Shown here: piece by piece, positions 41,842-51,150 of the stretch
Layout of the letters: each line of letters opens with the position of its first letter
Numbering within the stretch: the stretch's first letter is position 1
Assembly: GCA_028865345.1 (NCBI GenBank)
Contig: JAGWKL010000009.1
Location: 7,382-71,381 of the forward strand
Length of the DNA stretch: 64,000 bases
Source: Candidatus Omnitrophota bacterium
GTDB lineage: Bacteria > Omnitrophota > Gorgyraeia > Zapsychrales > Fredricksoniimonadaceae
Direction: 5' to 3'
The notes under the pieces: model-generated
Databases searched by the model: none
The model's input: only the letters and a program-made list of their open reading frames with translations
Told to the model about the DNA's origin: nothing
Translations under genes and position numbers: made by a program

Positions 41842-43230
41842 ATGGATTATCGCATTGAAACCGATAGTATGGGGGAGATCAAGGTCCCTGCCGATAAATA
41901 CTGGGGCGCCCAGACCCAGCGTTCACTGGAGAATTTCAAGATCGGCACAGACAGGTTCCCCAGAGAAATGATCAAGGCGCTGGGTATCCTTAAAAAGGCG
42001 GCCGCATTGACGAATAAAGAACTTAAGACCCTGACCGCGGAGAAGGCGGATTTGATCGTCCGCGCGGCTGATGAAGTGATCGGCGGGGAGCTGGACCGTC
42101 ATTTTCCGCTCGTGGTCTGGCAAACCGGTTCAGGCACCCAGACCAACATGAATGCCAATGAAGTGATCGCCAACCGCGCTATTGAACTATCCGGGGGAGT
42201 CATGGGCAGTAAAAAACCCATTCATCCCAACGACGATGTCAATAAGGCCCAGTCTTCCAATGACACTTTTCCGACGGCCATGCATATCGCCGCCGTTGAA
42301 GAGCTCCACCGGCGCCTGATTCCAATGGTCAAAAAGCTGTGTGAGGCCTTACAAAAAAAAGAAAAAGAATTTCAGGACGTCATTAAGATCGGGCGCACGC
42401 ATTTGATGGATGCGACACCCTTGACGTTGGGGCAGGAATTTTCCGGTTATGTGCAGCAGTTGACCGGAGGCCTGGAACGCATTGAGGCATGCCTGCCGCA
42501 CCTTTATGAATTGGCATTAGGAGGGACCGCTGTCGGCACCGGGCTTAACACGCACCCTCAGTTTGCCGTCAAGGCCGCGGCCCAAATAGCGCAGTTGACC
42601 GGCAAACCTTTTAAAAGCGCCAGGAATAAATTCGAGGCCCTGGCTTCCCATGACAGCCTGGTGTTTTTAAGCGGGGCATTGAACACCCTGGCTGTTTCCT
42701 TGATGAAGATCGCCAATGACGTCCGTTGGCTGGGTTCCGGCCCTCGTTGCGGCATCGGCGAACTGCACCTGCCGGAAAACGAGCCTGGTTCGTCGATCAT
42801 GCCGGGCAAGGTCAACCCTACCCAATGCGAGGCCATGACCATGGTCTGCGTGCAGGTCTTCGGCAATCATGCGGCGGTGACCGTGGCCGGCTCCAACGGA
42901 AATTTCGAATTGAATGTTTATAAACCTGTCATCATTTTCAATTGTCTTAATTCCATACGGCTGCTCGCAGATGCCTGTGAAAGCTTCAGCGACAATTGCG
43001 TCACAGGCATCGAGGCCAACAGCATCAACATCAAAAAGCACCTGGATGATTCCCTGATGCTGGTGACGGCCTTAAATCCGCATATCGGCTACGACAACGC
43101 CGCCAAGGTCGCCAAAAAAGCCTTCGCGGAAAACATCACCCTTAAAGAGGCCGCCGTGCGTTTGGGATTGTTGACCGCTGAAAAATTTGATGCCGCCGTC
43201 CGTCCGCAGGACATGATAGGTCCCCATTAA
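41842..43230 (+). CDS. fumC: Fumarate hydratase class II
   Basis: [17 protein letters not shown] is the fumarase/aspartase signature. Confidence 0.9.
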   Translation: MDYRIETDSMGEIKVPADKYWGAQTQRSLENFKIGTDRFPREMIKALGILKKAAALTNKELKTLTAEKADLIVRAADEVIGGELDRHFPLVVWQTGSGTQTNMNANEVIANRAIELSGGVMGSKKPIHPNDDVNKAQSSNDTFPTAMHIAAVEELHRRLIPMVKKLCEALQKKEKEFQDVIKIGRTHLMDATPLTLGQEFSGYVQQLTGGLERIEACLPHLYELALGGTAVGTGLNTHPQFAVKAAAQIAQLTGKPFKSARNKFEALASHDSLVFLSGALNTLAVSLMKIANDVRWLGSGPRCGIGELHLPENEPGSSIMPGKVNPTQCEAMTMVCVQVFGNHAAVTVAGSNGNFELNVYKPVIIFNCLNSIRLLADACESFSDNCVTGIEANSINIKKHLDDSLMLVTALNPHIGYDNAAKVAKKAFAENITLKEAAVRLGLLTAEKFDAAVRPQDMIGPH

Positions 43231-43233
43231 AAT

Positions 43234-44337
43234 ATGATCATCGGTGTGCCGAAAGAGATCAAAAACAACGAATGCCGCGTGAGCCTTTTACCCGTCGGAG
43301 TTGAGGCCCTGGTACGTGCGGGCCATCAAGTCCTCATCGAACATAATGCCGGGGCAAACAGCGGTATCTCCGATGTGGATTATCAAACCGTGGGGGCGGA
43401 GATCGTTGATGTGGCGTCAGACGTGTTTGCCCAGGCCCAGATGATCGTCAAGATCAAGGAACCTTTGCCATCCGAATACAAACACCTTAGGAAGGACCAG
43501 ATTGTATTTACATATTTTCATTTTGCCGCCAGTCGACCGCTCACCGAAGCCATGCTGCAGGCCAAGATCACGGCCCTGGCTTATGAGACCCTGCAGACCG
43601 AGCATGGGGAACTGCCGTGTCTGACCCCCATGTCCGAGGTGGCCGGACGCATGGCGGTGCACGAAGGCGCCAAATATTTGGAAGAGCCGATGCACGGCAG
43701 GGGGATTTTATTGGCCGGCGTTCCCGGCGTTTATCCGGCGGAAGTGGTCATTATCGGCGCCGGCGTCGTGGGTTCCAATGCCTGTAAAATGGCCGCAGGA
43801 TTAGGGGCCAATGTCACGGTCCTGGACATCAATTTAAACCGCCTGAGGTATTTGGAAGAGATCATGCCGCCCAATGTCCATACCCTGATGAGCAATTCCC
43901 ATAATATCCGGGAAGCCGTGCTTAAGGCAGATTTGGTCATCAGCTCTGTGCTTATCCGCGGGGCCAAATCGCCGTGCGTGATCGACCGCAAATTGGTTTC
44001 CCAGATGAAAAAAGGGGCCGTGATCGTTGATGTGGCCATTGATCAGGGCGGGTCCATCGAAACATCCCAGCCCACGACTCATGACAACCCTGTTTATGTG
44101 GTCGACGGGGTGGTGCATTATTGCGTCACCAATATGCCCGGGGCGGTCGCCCGTACCAGCACCTGGGCCCTGGCCAACGCGACATTTCCCTATATCCTGA
44201 AAGTCGCCAACGACGGCTACAGGAAATGGGCCAAGGAGTCCCATGAGATCCGCACGGCCCTGAACATGACGGAAGGGCATTTGACCATCGCCGAGGTGGC
44301 CGAGACCTTTGACATTCCTTATAAGAAATTTACTTAG
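43234..44337 (+). CDS. ald: Alanine dehydrogenase
   Basis: MIIGVPKEIK matches AlaDH, and the NAD-binding motif GAGVVG is present. Confidence 0.9.
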   Translation: MIIGVPKEIKNNECRVSLLPVGVEALVRAGHQVLIEHNAGANSGISDVDYQTVGAEIVDVASDVFAQAQMIVKIKEPLPSEYKHLRKDQIVFTYFHFAASRPLTEAMLQAKITALAYETLQTEHGELPCLTPMSEVAGRMAVHEGAKYLEEPMHGRGILLAGVPGVYPAEVVIIGAGVVGSNACKMAAGLGANVTVLDINLNRLRYLEEIMPPNVHTLMSNSHNIREAVLKADLVISSVLIRGAKSPCVIDRKLVSQMKKGAVIVDVAIDQGGSIETSQPTTHDNPVYVVDGVVHYCVTNMPGAVARTSTWALANATFPYILKVANDGYRKWAKESHEIRTALNMTEGHLTIAEVAETFDIPYKKFT

Positions 44338-44382
44338 AATAAATCAATTGACGGCAAGAATTGAGAAATTACAATAACTAAT

Positions 44383-44736
44383 ATGACATCTTACGAAGAT
44401 CGCCGGGACAGTGTACGGGCCAGACGCATCATCACCGTCCGCCACCGTCTCGTTAAACACAACAACCGGAAAATTGATTCCATCTGGCAGCTGGCCACGA
44501 CAGAAAATATGTCCTTGAGCGGCCTGCTTTTTGTCAGCGCCTTGCCGTACCATCCCGATGACGTTATTGAGCTTAATATCATCATGTCCGGTGTCATCGA
44601 TATTTTTAACGGCTTCGGCAAGGTCGTCCGGGTGATCCGCAATAAAGGCGGTTACCATAAGGTGGCCGTAAGGTATGTCGATCTCAAAGCCAGGCGCCGG
44701 CCGGCTAAGTCTATTCTTACCTCAACCAAACAATGA
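44383..44736 (+). CDS. PilZ domain protein
   Basis: An RxxxR motif (RRDSVRARR) and an NxSxSG motif (NMSLSGL) are present. The stop overlaps the next ORF's ATG. Confidence 0.6.
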   Translation: MTSYEDRRDSVRARRIITVRHRLVKHNNRKIDSIWQLATTENMSLSGLLFVSALPYHPDDVIELNIIMSGVIDIFNGFGKVVRVIRNKGGYHKVAVRYVDLKARRRPAKSILTSTKQ

Positions 44737-46319
44737 AAAAAACTTCTTTTGTTGTCTGGCTCATCCTGGTGGTGGAATTCCTCTATATTTTTGCCTTTCT
44801 GATGAATTATGATTTCGCCTGGGTCAACCAGGAGAAATTCGGCGTACACCAATGGATCCTCTCCAATGGTTCCCAGTGGCATAAAGAAGATTGGACCAAA
44901 TTCCTCAACATCAATGTGATCGAATGCAACCCTTACCGTTTATCACGCCCGCTGTCCAATTTTGTCGAAGTTGTTGATACGAAATTCCGGGCCTGGTTAT
45001 GGAATTTTATACCCCCGCATCCGTCACTTTCCCTGCAATGGCCGTTCATGTTCATCCTGTTGCCCTGGCTTTTATATCAAACCTTTGTGAATATGGGGTG
45101 TTATCCTTTCATGGCCCTGGCCGGGGCCTGCCTTTATATATCTTCTCCCGGGTTTTTAGGGCCTTTGGTGATGCTTTTTCATCCTGCCAAGAGCCTTGCC
45201 AATTTCTTTGGCGTCCTTTCCATGTATTTCTTTTCCATAAACTACAAGCGAGAGTTTTCCTTACCCAAAAATGAAGAAGCCTCCCGCCAAAGGCGGGGCG
45301 GGGGAGTGTTATTCATAGCCGGATTGCTGGCTTTATACCTGGCGTTTATTTCCGATGAAACAGGACTTTATATGTATGTGGTCGTACTTTTACTTTTTTT
45401 CCGTTTATGGCTGCGCTCATGGCAAGAGAAACGCTACGGAATTTTTGCCGGTTTATTGGCCATGCCGATTCTCTATTGGGCCACGATCAAAGTTTTCCTG
45501 CCATATCTGCATTGGGCCGTCATGGGCGTAAAGATCAATTTGGCCAGTTATGAATCCTACCCGTCTTTAAAATCCTTATTTTGGCCGAATTGGCATTTTC
45601 TCTGGCTGAATACAAGGTTCCTGTTTGCCGACCATCCTCATCTTTTGATCAATTACAAGCAGCTGTTAAGCCATCCGTTGATATTAAGCATTCAGATCGT
45701 TTATGTGCTGCTGTTTTTATGGATGGTATTTTTGTTTTTTAGATCAGCGCTTAAGAATAAAAATGATCCCCGGCAAATAGACTTTCTTAAATTAACGGTC
45801 ATCGGAGTTTTACTGTTGCTCGGGTATTGTTTTTTTCAGACCTTCCAATTGTCCAAGAACGCCAAAGCATGGGGAATTTGGTGGTACGGCAGCCTTTTTT
45901 CTTTGATCTATACCGTGGCCCTGGTTTTCTTTCTGCAATTTATTTGTTCTCATTACCAATGGCTGCGTAAATGGTCGGCTGTAATTATTTTCATCTTTGT
46001 ACTTAATACTATGACTTTCACCACCTACCGTCTTGCAATTTGTAAAATGCAGAATCTCAACCGTACCGCTTACAGCTTCATGGACATATTCAAAGGCAGG
46101 GTGGATCCGTACGGATTCGACTTTGACGAATTCTTTGATAAAAGCTATTGCAGACAAATGTATACCTATATGTATTGGCTGCATTGGAAGGGCCTTCCCG
46201 ATAATATTGATCCCCGGAAAATAAATAAATGCTTCTCCAGGTATTTAAGCAGTGATCTTTACTTTTTTACAGAAGAAGATGGCTATCTGCCGGCAGAACT
46301 CGGTCAGCCGCCGTCCTAA
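44733..46319 (+). CDS. Large polytopic membrane protein, hypothetical
   Basis: It is 528 aa with more than 10 predicted TM helices and is translationally coupled to the PilZ gene. Confidence 0.5.
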   Translation: MKKTSFVVWLILVVEFLYIFAFLMNYDFAWVNQEKFGVHQWILSNGSQWHKEDWTKFLNINVIECNPYRLSRPLSNFVEVVDTKFRAWLWNFIPPHPSLSLQWPFMFILLPWLLYQTFVNMGCYPFMALAGACLYISSPGFLGPLVMLFHPAKSLANFFGVLSMYFFSINYKREFSLPKNEEASRQRRGGGVLFIAGLLALYLAFISDETGLYMYVVVLLLFFRLWLRSWQEKRYGIFAGLLAMPILYWATIKVFLPYLHWAVMGVKINLASYESYPSLKSLFWPNWHFLWLNTRFLFADHPHLLINYKQLLSHPLILSIQIVYVLLFLWMVFLFFRSALKNKNDPRQIDFLKLTVIGVLLLLGYCFFQTFQLSKNAKAWGIWWYGSLFSLIYTVALVFFLQFICSHYQWLRKWSAVIIFIFVLNTMTFTTYRLAICKMQNLNRTAYSFMDIFKGRVDPYGFDFDEFFDKSYCRQMYTYMYWLHWKGLPDNIDPRKINKCFSRYLSSDLYFFTEEDGYLPAELGQPPS

Positions 46320-46322
46320 CGC

Positions 46323-46997
46323 ATGACCGAAATTAGAATAGATAAGCTGATCAGAAGCCGGCGCAAGACCATCGGCCTGCAGATAACCGGTGATGCCAAG
46401 CTTATTGTCCGGGCCCCGCTTTTTGCTCCCCAAAACTTCATCGAAGAGCTTATCCAACGCAAACAATCCTGGATCAGGGCCAAACAGGACTTTTATAAGG
46501 TGCGGCAAAGGCAGGTACGGAGATTCATCCCTGGGGAAGAATTCCTGTTTTTAGGCCAAAGTTATCCGTTGGTTGCGGCAGAAGATCTGCCCAAAGCGAT
46601 CGTCTTTGATGGTCATTTAAGGATTTCCAGCCTGGTTTTGGCCAATGCGCGCCAACATCTGGAAAGCTGGTACAAAGCCCAGGCTTTTGAATATATTGCC
46701 CAAAGAGTGCAGCATTTTGCCAAATTGGCAGGGTTAGGCTATAAATCCATAAAGATCAATAGGGCAACAACGCGTTGGGGGTCCTGCGGGCCTAAAGATA
46801 CCCTGAACTTCAGCTGGAGGCTGATCATGGCACCGTGCGATGTGGTGGATTATGTGGTCATCCATGAGCTGATGCACTTAAAGCAGAAGAACCATTCGCG
46901 TAAATTTTGGGCAGAGGTGGCAGGAATGATGCCGGAGTACAGGCAACAAGAGCGCTGGCTTAGGGCAAAGGGGCATTTGCTGGCATGGCCTGAATGA
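46323..46997 (+). CDS. YgjP/DUF45-like metal-dependent hydrolase (HExxH)
   Basis: It has a C-terminal HELMHLKQKNHSRKFW motif. Confidence 0.7.
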   Translation: MTEIRIDKLIRSRRKTIGLQITGDAKLIVRAPLFAPQNFIEELIQRKQSWIRAKQDFYKVRQRQVRRFIPGEEFLFLGQSYPLVAAEDLPKAIVFDGHLRISSLVLANARQHLESWYKAQAFEYIAQRVQHFAKLAGLGYKSIKINRATTRWGSCGPKDTLNFSWRLIMAPCDVVDYVVIHELMHLKQKNHSRKFWAEVAGMMPEYRQQERWLRAKGHLLAWPE

Positions 46998-47085
46998 ATA
47001 TCATTTCCCTGTATAACAACTTAACATAACATATATTATAGGAAGAACTTTTAAAGAGAACTAAGGGGCTGGAATTGATCCGTTT

Positions 47086-48300
47086 TCATGGCTTAACGCA
47101 GCTAGTCAGCTCCTTCGCCCATTGTTTTCCTTTCGTATTTAATAAGTTTTCCATACCTTTTAATCTGTCTTGAGTCCTTTCTTTTAGAGATAGTTCTTTA
47201 ATCAAGGTAAGATGTCTTTTTAAGAATGCTATAACTAAATTTAAGCTTCCCTTTTCCTTTGAAATTATGTTTCCCAATCGTTCACCATTGTAGTCAAAGC
47301 AACTAAAAAAAGCTTGGTACTTTCTTTTGAGAAATAGCTCTTTTTCGATAGTTACATCATCGTAAAAAAAATTGAAAATTTTTATCAAATCTGAATTTCT
47401 GAAATATCCAACCTGGTAAGCCCTTGCATCTGCAAAAGCGTAAATTGGTTGAACGCTCGTTTTAGCATAATTGGACAGGCTTTTACATATGCCTTCAATA
47501 AACAGTTTAGAGCCTGAAACAAAGCTTACGCGCCATCGATTAGATGAAAAGCTGATGCTGCCGTCACCATCAAAATATCCGCGAATAAAGTGACTATATA
47601 AAATTTCAGGTAAAACAGGAAATTTATCATCTAAGCTTTTATTAGGCGTTAACCCCAAGGCAAGCAAGTCATTAATCATGACCTTATTGCCTATAGTTAA
47701 AGTATATAACTCTTGTTTAACTTGTCTAGTAATTTTGTGCTCTGAATCCATTAAATCTCTAATTTTATATAAAATTTCCGGTTCTTTTTGACTAATGGAA
47801 AATTGATTAAGCTGGTTGCCCAAATTCCCATCTGAATAGATAAAACCAAGCACATAGGCCATTTCTGGCGTTTGCTGTTTAAAAAAAGCCTCGTTTATTG
47901 AACTGAACCCAACATTTTTGCCTTTCTTTTTTGCCTCTCCCCTTGCTGCTGATTTACTCCGTATAGCAAGGCCGTACTTTCTAAGCAATAATAGAATATA
48001 AGCCCTTGAACAATTATGAAGCTTAGCAATGTCCCCCATCGACATTTTCTGTTCACAATATAATTCCTTGAGCCGATCTTCAGTTAATTGAGAAATGATG
48101 GCGCTTTTGACCCGTTGTTTTTGAGTTGCAGAAATCTTTTTTTTAATACTCGACAAATGCTTTAGATAAGACCCATGATCATTTCTATCAAAATCCCCTG
48201 TTCCTCTGATTACAAATTTATGGTAACAGTTTCGACAATAGCCCTTGGAATGATGTGGCTTATTCTGTAAGCATCCCTTGCAAGTGGTCAAAGTTTGCAT
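47086..48300 (-). CDS. Free-standing double-motif LAGLIDADG homing-endonuclease-like protein with N-terminal Zn ribbon and HTH
   Basis: It has CKGC...CRNC, the HTH MSMGDIAKLHNCSRAYILLLLRKYGL, and LAGLIDADG motifs YVLGFIYSDGNL and IRGYFDGDGSISF about 100 aa apart. Confidence 0.6.
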   Translation of the reverse strand: MQTLTTCKGCLQNKPHHSKGYCRNCYHKFVIRGTGDFDRNDHGSYLKHLSSIKKKISATQKQRVKSAIISQLTEDRLKELYCEQKMSMGDIAKLHNCSRAYILLLLRKYGLAIRSKSAARGEAKKKGKNVGFSSINEAFFKQQTPEMAYVLGFIYSDGNLGNQLNQFSISQKEPEILYKIRDLMDSEHKITRQVKQELYTLTIGNKVMINDLLALGLTPNKSLDDKFPVLPEILYSHFIRGYFDGDGSISFSSNRWRVSFVSGSKLFIEGICKSLSNYAKTSVQPIYAFADARAYQVGYFRNSDLIKIFNFFYDDVTIEKELFLKRKYQAFFSCFDYNGERLGNIISKEKGSLNLVIAFLKRHLTLIKELSLKERTQDRLKGMENLLNTKGKQWAKELTSCVKP

Positions 48301-48336
48301 AAAACACCCTTAAATACAAAATACATCTATTTCAGC

Positions 48337-48654
48337 CTACTTAACAGGCTGTAATTCATAATGTACGCCTTCATTTTCTTGTAATAGATGGATCACTTCA
48401 AAAAGATTATTAGCTGTTGGATTTCCGGTAACACTAAACATGCGCATCAGGCTTTTGGGGTCTTTATGGGTCAATCTAGACAGTTTTTCAAAGCCAACAG
48501 TCGCATTAATATAATCACGTAACAACGCTTTACCTGTTTTAATATCTCCTGAAAGCATGGATTCAATACTTTCACGAAGAATTCCCTCACGGAATTCCTT
48601 GTCTTGTAAGGCTCGAGCCTGAACTGTTTCCTTGAAATTACGCGTAATTGTCAT
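48337..48654 (-). CDS. higA: HTH antitoxin (HigA-like addiction-module antidote)
   Basis: It is a 105-aa Cro/C1-type HTH located downstream of the toxin. Confidence 0.7.
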   Translation of the reverse strand: MTITRNFKETVQARALQDKEFREGILRESIESMLSGDIKTGKALLRDYINATVGFEKLSRLTHKDPKSLMRMFSVTGNPTANNLFEVIHLLQENEGVHYELQPVK

Positions 48655-48659
48655 CGCTT

Positions 48660-48983
48660 TTAACCTTTTTTACGCCGTTTATATTCATCCCAAAGCAAAT
48701 AGGCATGGTCGATATCTTTTTGTTGACGTTTCTTTGTTCCGCCCCCTAAAAGAATGATCAATTTATCCCCATCTTTACCAATATAAACCCGGTAACCAGG
48801 CCCCCAGTCAATAATCACTTCTTGAAAAGCACCGTTAATCGGTTTTAAATTCGAACAATTCCCCTGCTCAATACGAGTCAAATAAACATTCACTTTATTT
48901 GCTGCATGAGCATCAAGGCTATTAAACCAGTCAGCAAACGGGCTTTTTCCATCTATAGTTATATATTCCTCAACTATGATCAT
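48660..48983 (-). CDS. higB: RelE/HigB-family addiction-module killer protein
   Basis: It is 107 aa, toxin-first, and separated from higA by a 5-nt gap. Confidence 0.7.
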   Translation of the reverse strand: MIIVEEYITIDGKSPFADWFNSLDAHAANKVNVYLTRIEQGNCSNLKPINGAFQEVIIDWGPGYRVYIGKDGDKLIILLGGGTKKRQQKDIDHAYLLWDEYKRRKKG

Positions 48984-48995
48984 GCCCTACCTATA

Positions 48996-49015
48996 AAGTA
49001 ACATATAAGTTACTT
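48996..49015. promoter_or_regulatory. Perfect palindrome AAGTAAC-N6-GTTACTT immediately upstream of higB; likely TA operator
   Basis: The 7-bp arms are exact reverse complements, 12 nt upstream of the toxin start. Confidence 0.5.
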
Positions 49016-49167
49016 ATATGCAAATTAAATTGATTAAAAAATTGGGGGAATTTGATTGTTTTTATTGCTGTCCGCTTGGGGGGGAAGATCGATGAAAAGA
49101 TTATACAAGCCAAACCACCGCCGCACCAGAGAAAAACTACCTTGCGACTTCATCTCAAGGGCTGGCC

Positions 49168-50100
49168 TCAAGAAAAGGAGGCACAAATCCCCTTCGGGGC
49201 TTTATGTCCCCTTTTCTTGTGCGGGAAATGGCTGGGCCCGTAGGGCCGTAACCAGTATTTGAGCTTGCACTTTCTTACCCGTGTACCATACCTGAAATGA
49301 TCGGCGAACTGGTGGATGAGATACCAGAACTCCTTTTCCGTCAGGTCCTGTTTCATGGCGTTGACCATCCTGGAAGTGATCACCAGTCTCTTGGGGTTGG
49401 CCGGTGTCCAGTGGTCAAAGGTCAAATACCATGGACTGTGCTCATCAAATAGATCCAGCTCCATGCCGGTGTAATAGCAGATATAACCGTACTTGCGTAT
49501 ATAGTCCCAAATGGCTTTTCTGGCCTTTAAGGGGAAACGTTCCATGACCATGCGCTTGGCGATGGTCGAACACTGCGGGCAATATTTGTGCCATCTATTG
49601 GCTGTGGGCTGGCGGCCGCAACCGGCACAACACCGCTGTCCATGAAGGAGCTTTGGCAATCTGTACCAATGTTTCAGATGCCTCTTTTTGACCTTCAGAT
49701 GTTTTCTTCTGTGATCGTCGAGTGCGATCACATAATACCTAAACTCTTTTTGGGTCATGTCCTGCTTCATGTCGTTGACGATGGCGGCACAAATGACAAT
49801 CTTGATGGGATCTCCCGGCCTCCAATGGTCAAAATCAAGATACCAGGGGCTTGTTTCATCGTCTAACTCTAAAGCGACTTTTATGTAATAATCCCTATAG
49901 TATTGGGCACGGATATATTCCCGTACGCCCTGCTGGGCCTTGGCAGGGAATCTCTTTCTATGCATCCGGCGGGTTGTTTTGAGGCAGTCCCGGCAATAGA
50001 TGGACCAGTTGGAAAAGACCTTTTTGCGGCCGCACATGCAGCAGGTTTTTAAAGGTTTTCTGGAGAGGTGGTGAGCTTTAAGGGGCATATTGACATGCAC
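49168..50100 (-). CDS. Internally duplicated Zn-ribbon protein with HNH-like DHW-P...N-MKQD motifs (two ~150-aa repeats)
   Basis: Repeat 1 has CCMCGR..YCRDC and SPWYLDFDHWRPGDP...VNDMKQDMTQKEF. Repeat 2 has CCAGCGR..YCPQC and SPWYLTFDHWTPANP...VNAMKQDLTEKEF. Confidence 0.55.
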   Translation of the reverse strand: MHVNMPLKAHHLSRKPLKTCCMCGRKKVFSNWSIYCRDCLKTTRRMHRKRFPAKAQQGVREYIRAQYYRDYYIKVALELDDETSPWYLDFDHWRPGDPIKIVICAAIVNDMKQDMTQKEFRYYVIALDDHRRKHLKVKKRHLKHWYRLPKLLHGQRCCAGCGRQPTANRWHKYCPQCSTIAKRMVMERFPLKARKAIWDYIRKYGYICYYTGMELDLFDEHSPWYLTFDHWTPANPKRLVITSRMVNAMKQDLTEKEFWYLIHQFADHFRYGTRVRKCKLKYWLRPYGPSHFPHKKRGHKAPKGICASFS

Positions 50101-50118
50101 TTAATTTTAAAAGTGCGC

Positions 50119-50442
50119 CTACCTCTTAAACACAAACGCAAGAAACATGCCGGCATACAGGCAAAAAACCAACATGCAGATGAAAGAAATTTTCTTTCTT
50201 TGAGCGATCAACGAATTTAATCCCGGGTCCTTCAAAGCAAGATACTCTTCCTTGTCCTCAAAAGCTTTCATGAGAGCTTTATCCGCTTTCGAAGTGCTGG
50301 GTACCCAGGAAGGCTTATTCAGCTTTTCCCATACCGAAGGATGCTTGAATTGCAGATATTTGACAAACCTCAAATTAAAATAAACGACCAAAAAAAGGGT
50401 AATGACAAGGACAACAAACAAAATCTGCAAAAAAATGCTCAT
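50119..50442 (-). CDS. Small two-TM membrane protein, hypothetical
   Basis: It has N- and C-terminal hydrophobic helices flanking a charged core. Confidence 0.45.
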   Translation of the reverse strand: MSIFLQILFVVLVITLFLVVYFNLRFVKYLQFKHPSVWEKLNKPSWVPSTSKADKALMKAFEDKEEYLALKDPGLNSLIAQRKKISFICMLVFCLYAGMFLAFVFKR

Positions 50443-50465
50443 ACTAAAACCTCCTCATTGAAACA

Positions 50466-50918
50466 TCATCTGGCTTCCGGGATTTCCGGCTCGACGAGCA
50501 TCGCTAAAAGAGTCAGGGATTCCTGCCAGCCCAAATAGCACATTTCCGTAGGGATAGCCGTCGGTATGCCTTCCTGAACTATATTCAAGTCAACCCCACA
50601 AGACACCTTTTTAATGGTAATGGTTGTTTGCATTTCACCGGGCATATTGGGATCGTCAAAACTGTCCGTATAACGGATAAGCTTATTGGGCGCCAATTCA
50701 ATGATTTTCCCGCCGAAGGAATGCGAATGCCCTGTCGTAAAATTGGTAAACGTTATTTTATAAGAACCGCCGACCTTGGCGTCCAAGTGATGCACCTTGC
50801 ACGTAAATCCGTTGGGCGCAAGCCATTTGGCCTTGGCATCGGGATCAAGGAATGCTTTATATAGCTTTTCAGGCGTGGTTCTCAGTACGCGATGAAGTTG
50901 GATAGCACCTCCGGCCAT
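50466..50918 (-). CDS. SRPBCC/Aha1-like (polyketide cyclase fold) protein
   Basis: Its length and KLYKAFLDPDAKAKWLAP...GGSYKITF are typical of the AHSA1/SRPBCC family. Confidence 0.7.
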   Translation of the reverse strand: MAGGAIQLHRVLRTTPEKLYKAFLDPDAKAKWLAPNGFTCKVHHLDAKVGGSYKITFTNFTTGHSHSFGGKIIELAPNKLIRYTDSFDDPNMPGEMQTTITIKKVSCGVDLNIVQEGIPTAIPTEMCYLGWQESLTLLAMLVEPEIPEAR

Positions 50919-50977
50919 ACCAATCCCCTCTCTTTTAAAAGTAAGATTACTGCGGAAAGTAAATTAATTCAAGTTAT

Positions 50978-51127
50978 TTAGCGATGGTCAAAATCCTCAT
51001 CCTCATGGTGGTGATGACGATACCACCAAGGATGATAATGATGGTCGACGTCCACATAACAGCCTGAAAATTGAATGGCCATTATCAGAACACCCAAGCC
51101 CAAGATTTCTTTTTTTATTATAAACAT
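50978..51127 (-). CDS. Unlisted 49-aa His-rich small lipoprotein (candidate metal-binding peptide)
   Basis: A GGAGAG RBS lies 6 nt upstream. The product is MFIIKKEILGLGVLIMAIQFSGCYVDVDHHYHPWWYRHHHHEDEDFDHR. It has a signal peptide with lipobox FSGC. 9 of the 27 residues after the lipobox Cys are His. Confidence 0.45.
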   Translation of the reverse strand: MFIIKKEILGLGVLIMAIQFSGCYVDVDHHYHPWWYRHHHHEDEDFDHR

Positions 51128-51150
51128 ATACTCTCCTTTTTTGCCTTAAT

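Larger units (their letters stand above)
47000..50450. mobile_element. AT-rich island, probably horizontally acquired, carrying selfish-element-like genes
   Basis: Base composition drops visibly (to roughly 35-40% GC by eye) relative to the flanks. It contains a LAGLIDADG protein, a HigBA-like pair and a tandem Zn-ribbon/HNH-like protein, all on the minus strand and convergent with upstream genes. Confidence 0.45.

Noticed and set aside
49052-49262. Two overlapping plus-strand ORFs (63 and 68 aa) between higB and the Zn-ribbon gene
   Set aside because: They are in different frames of the same stretch and overlap the 3' end of the 310-aa minus-strand gene. There is no RBS or motif support.
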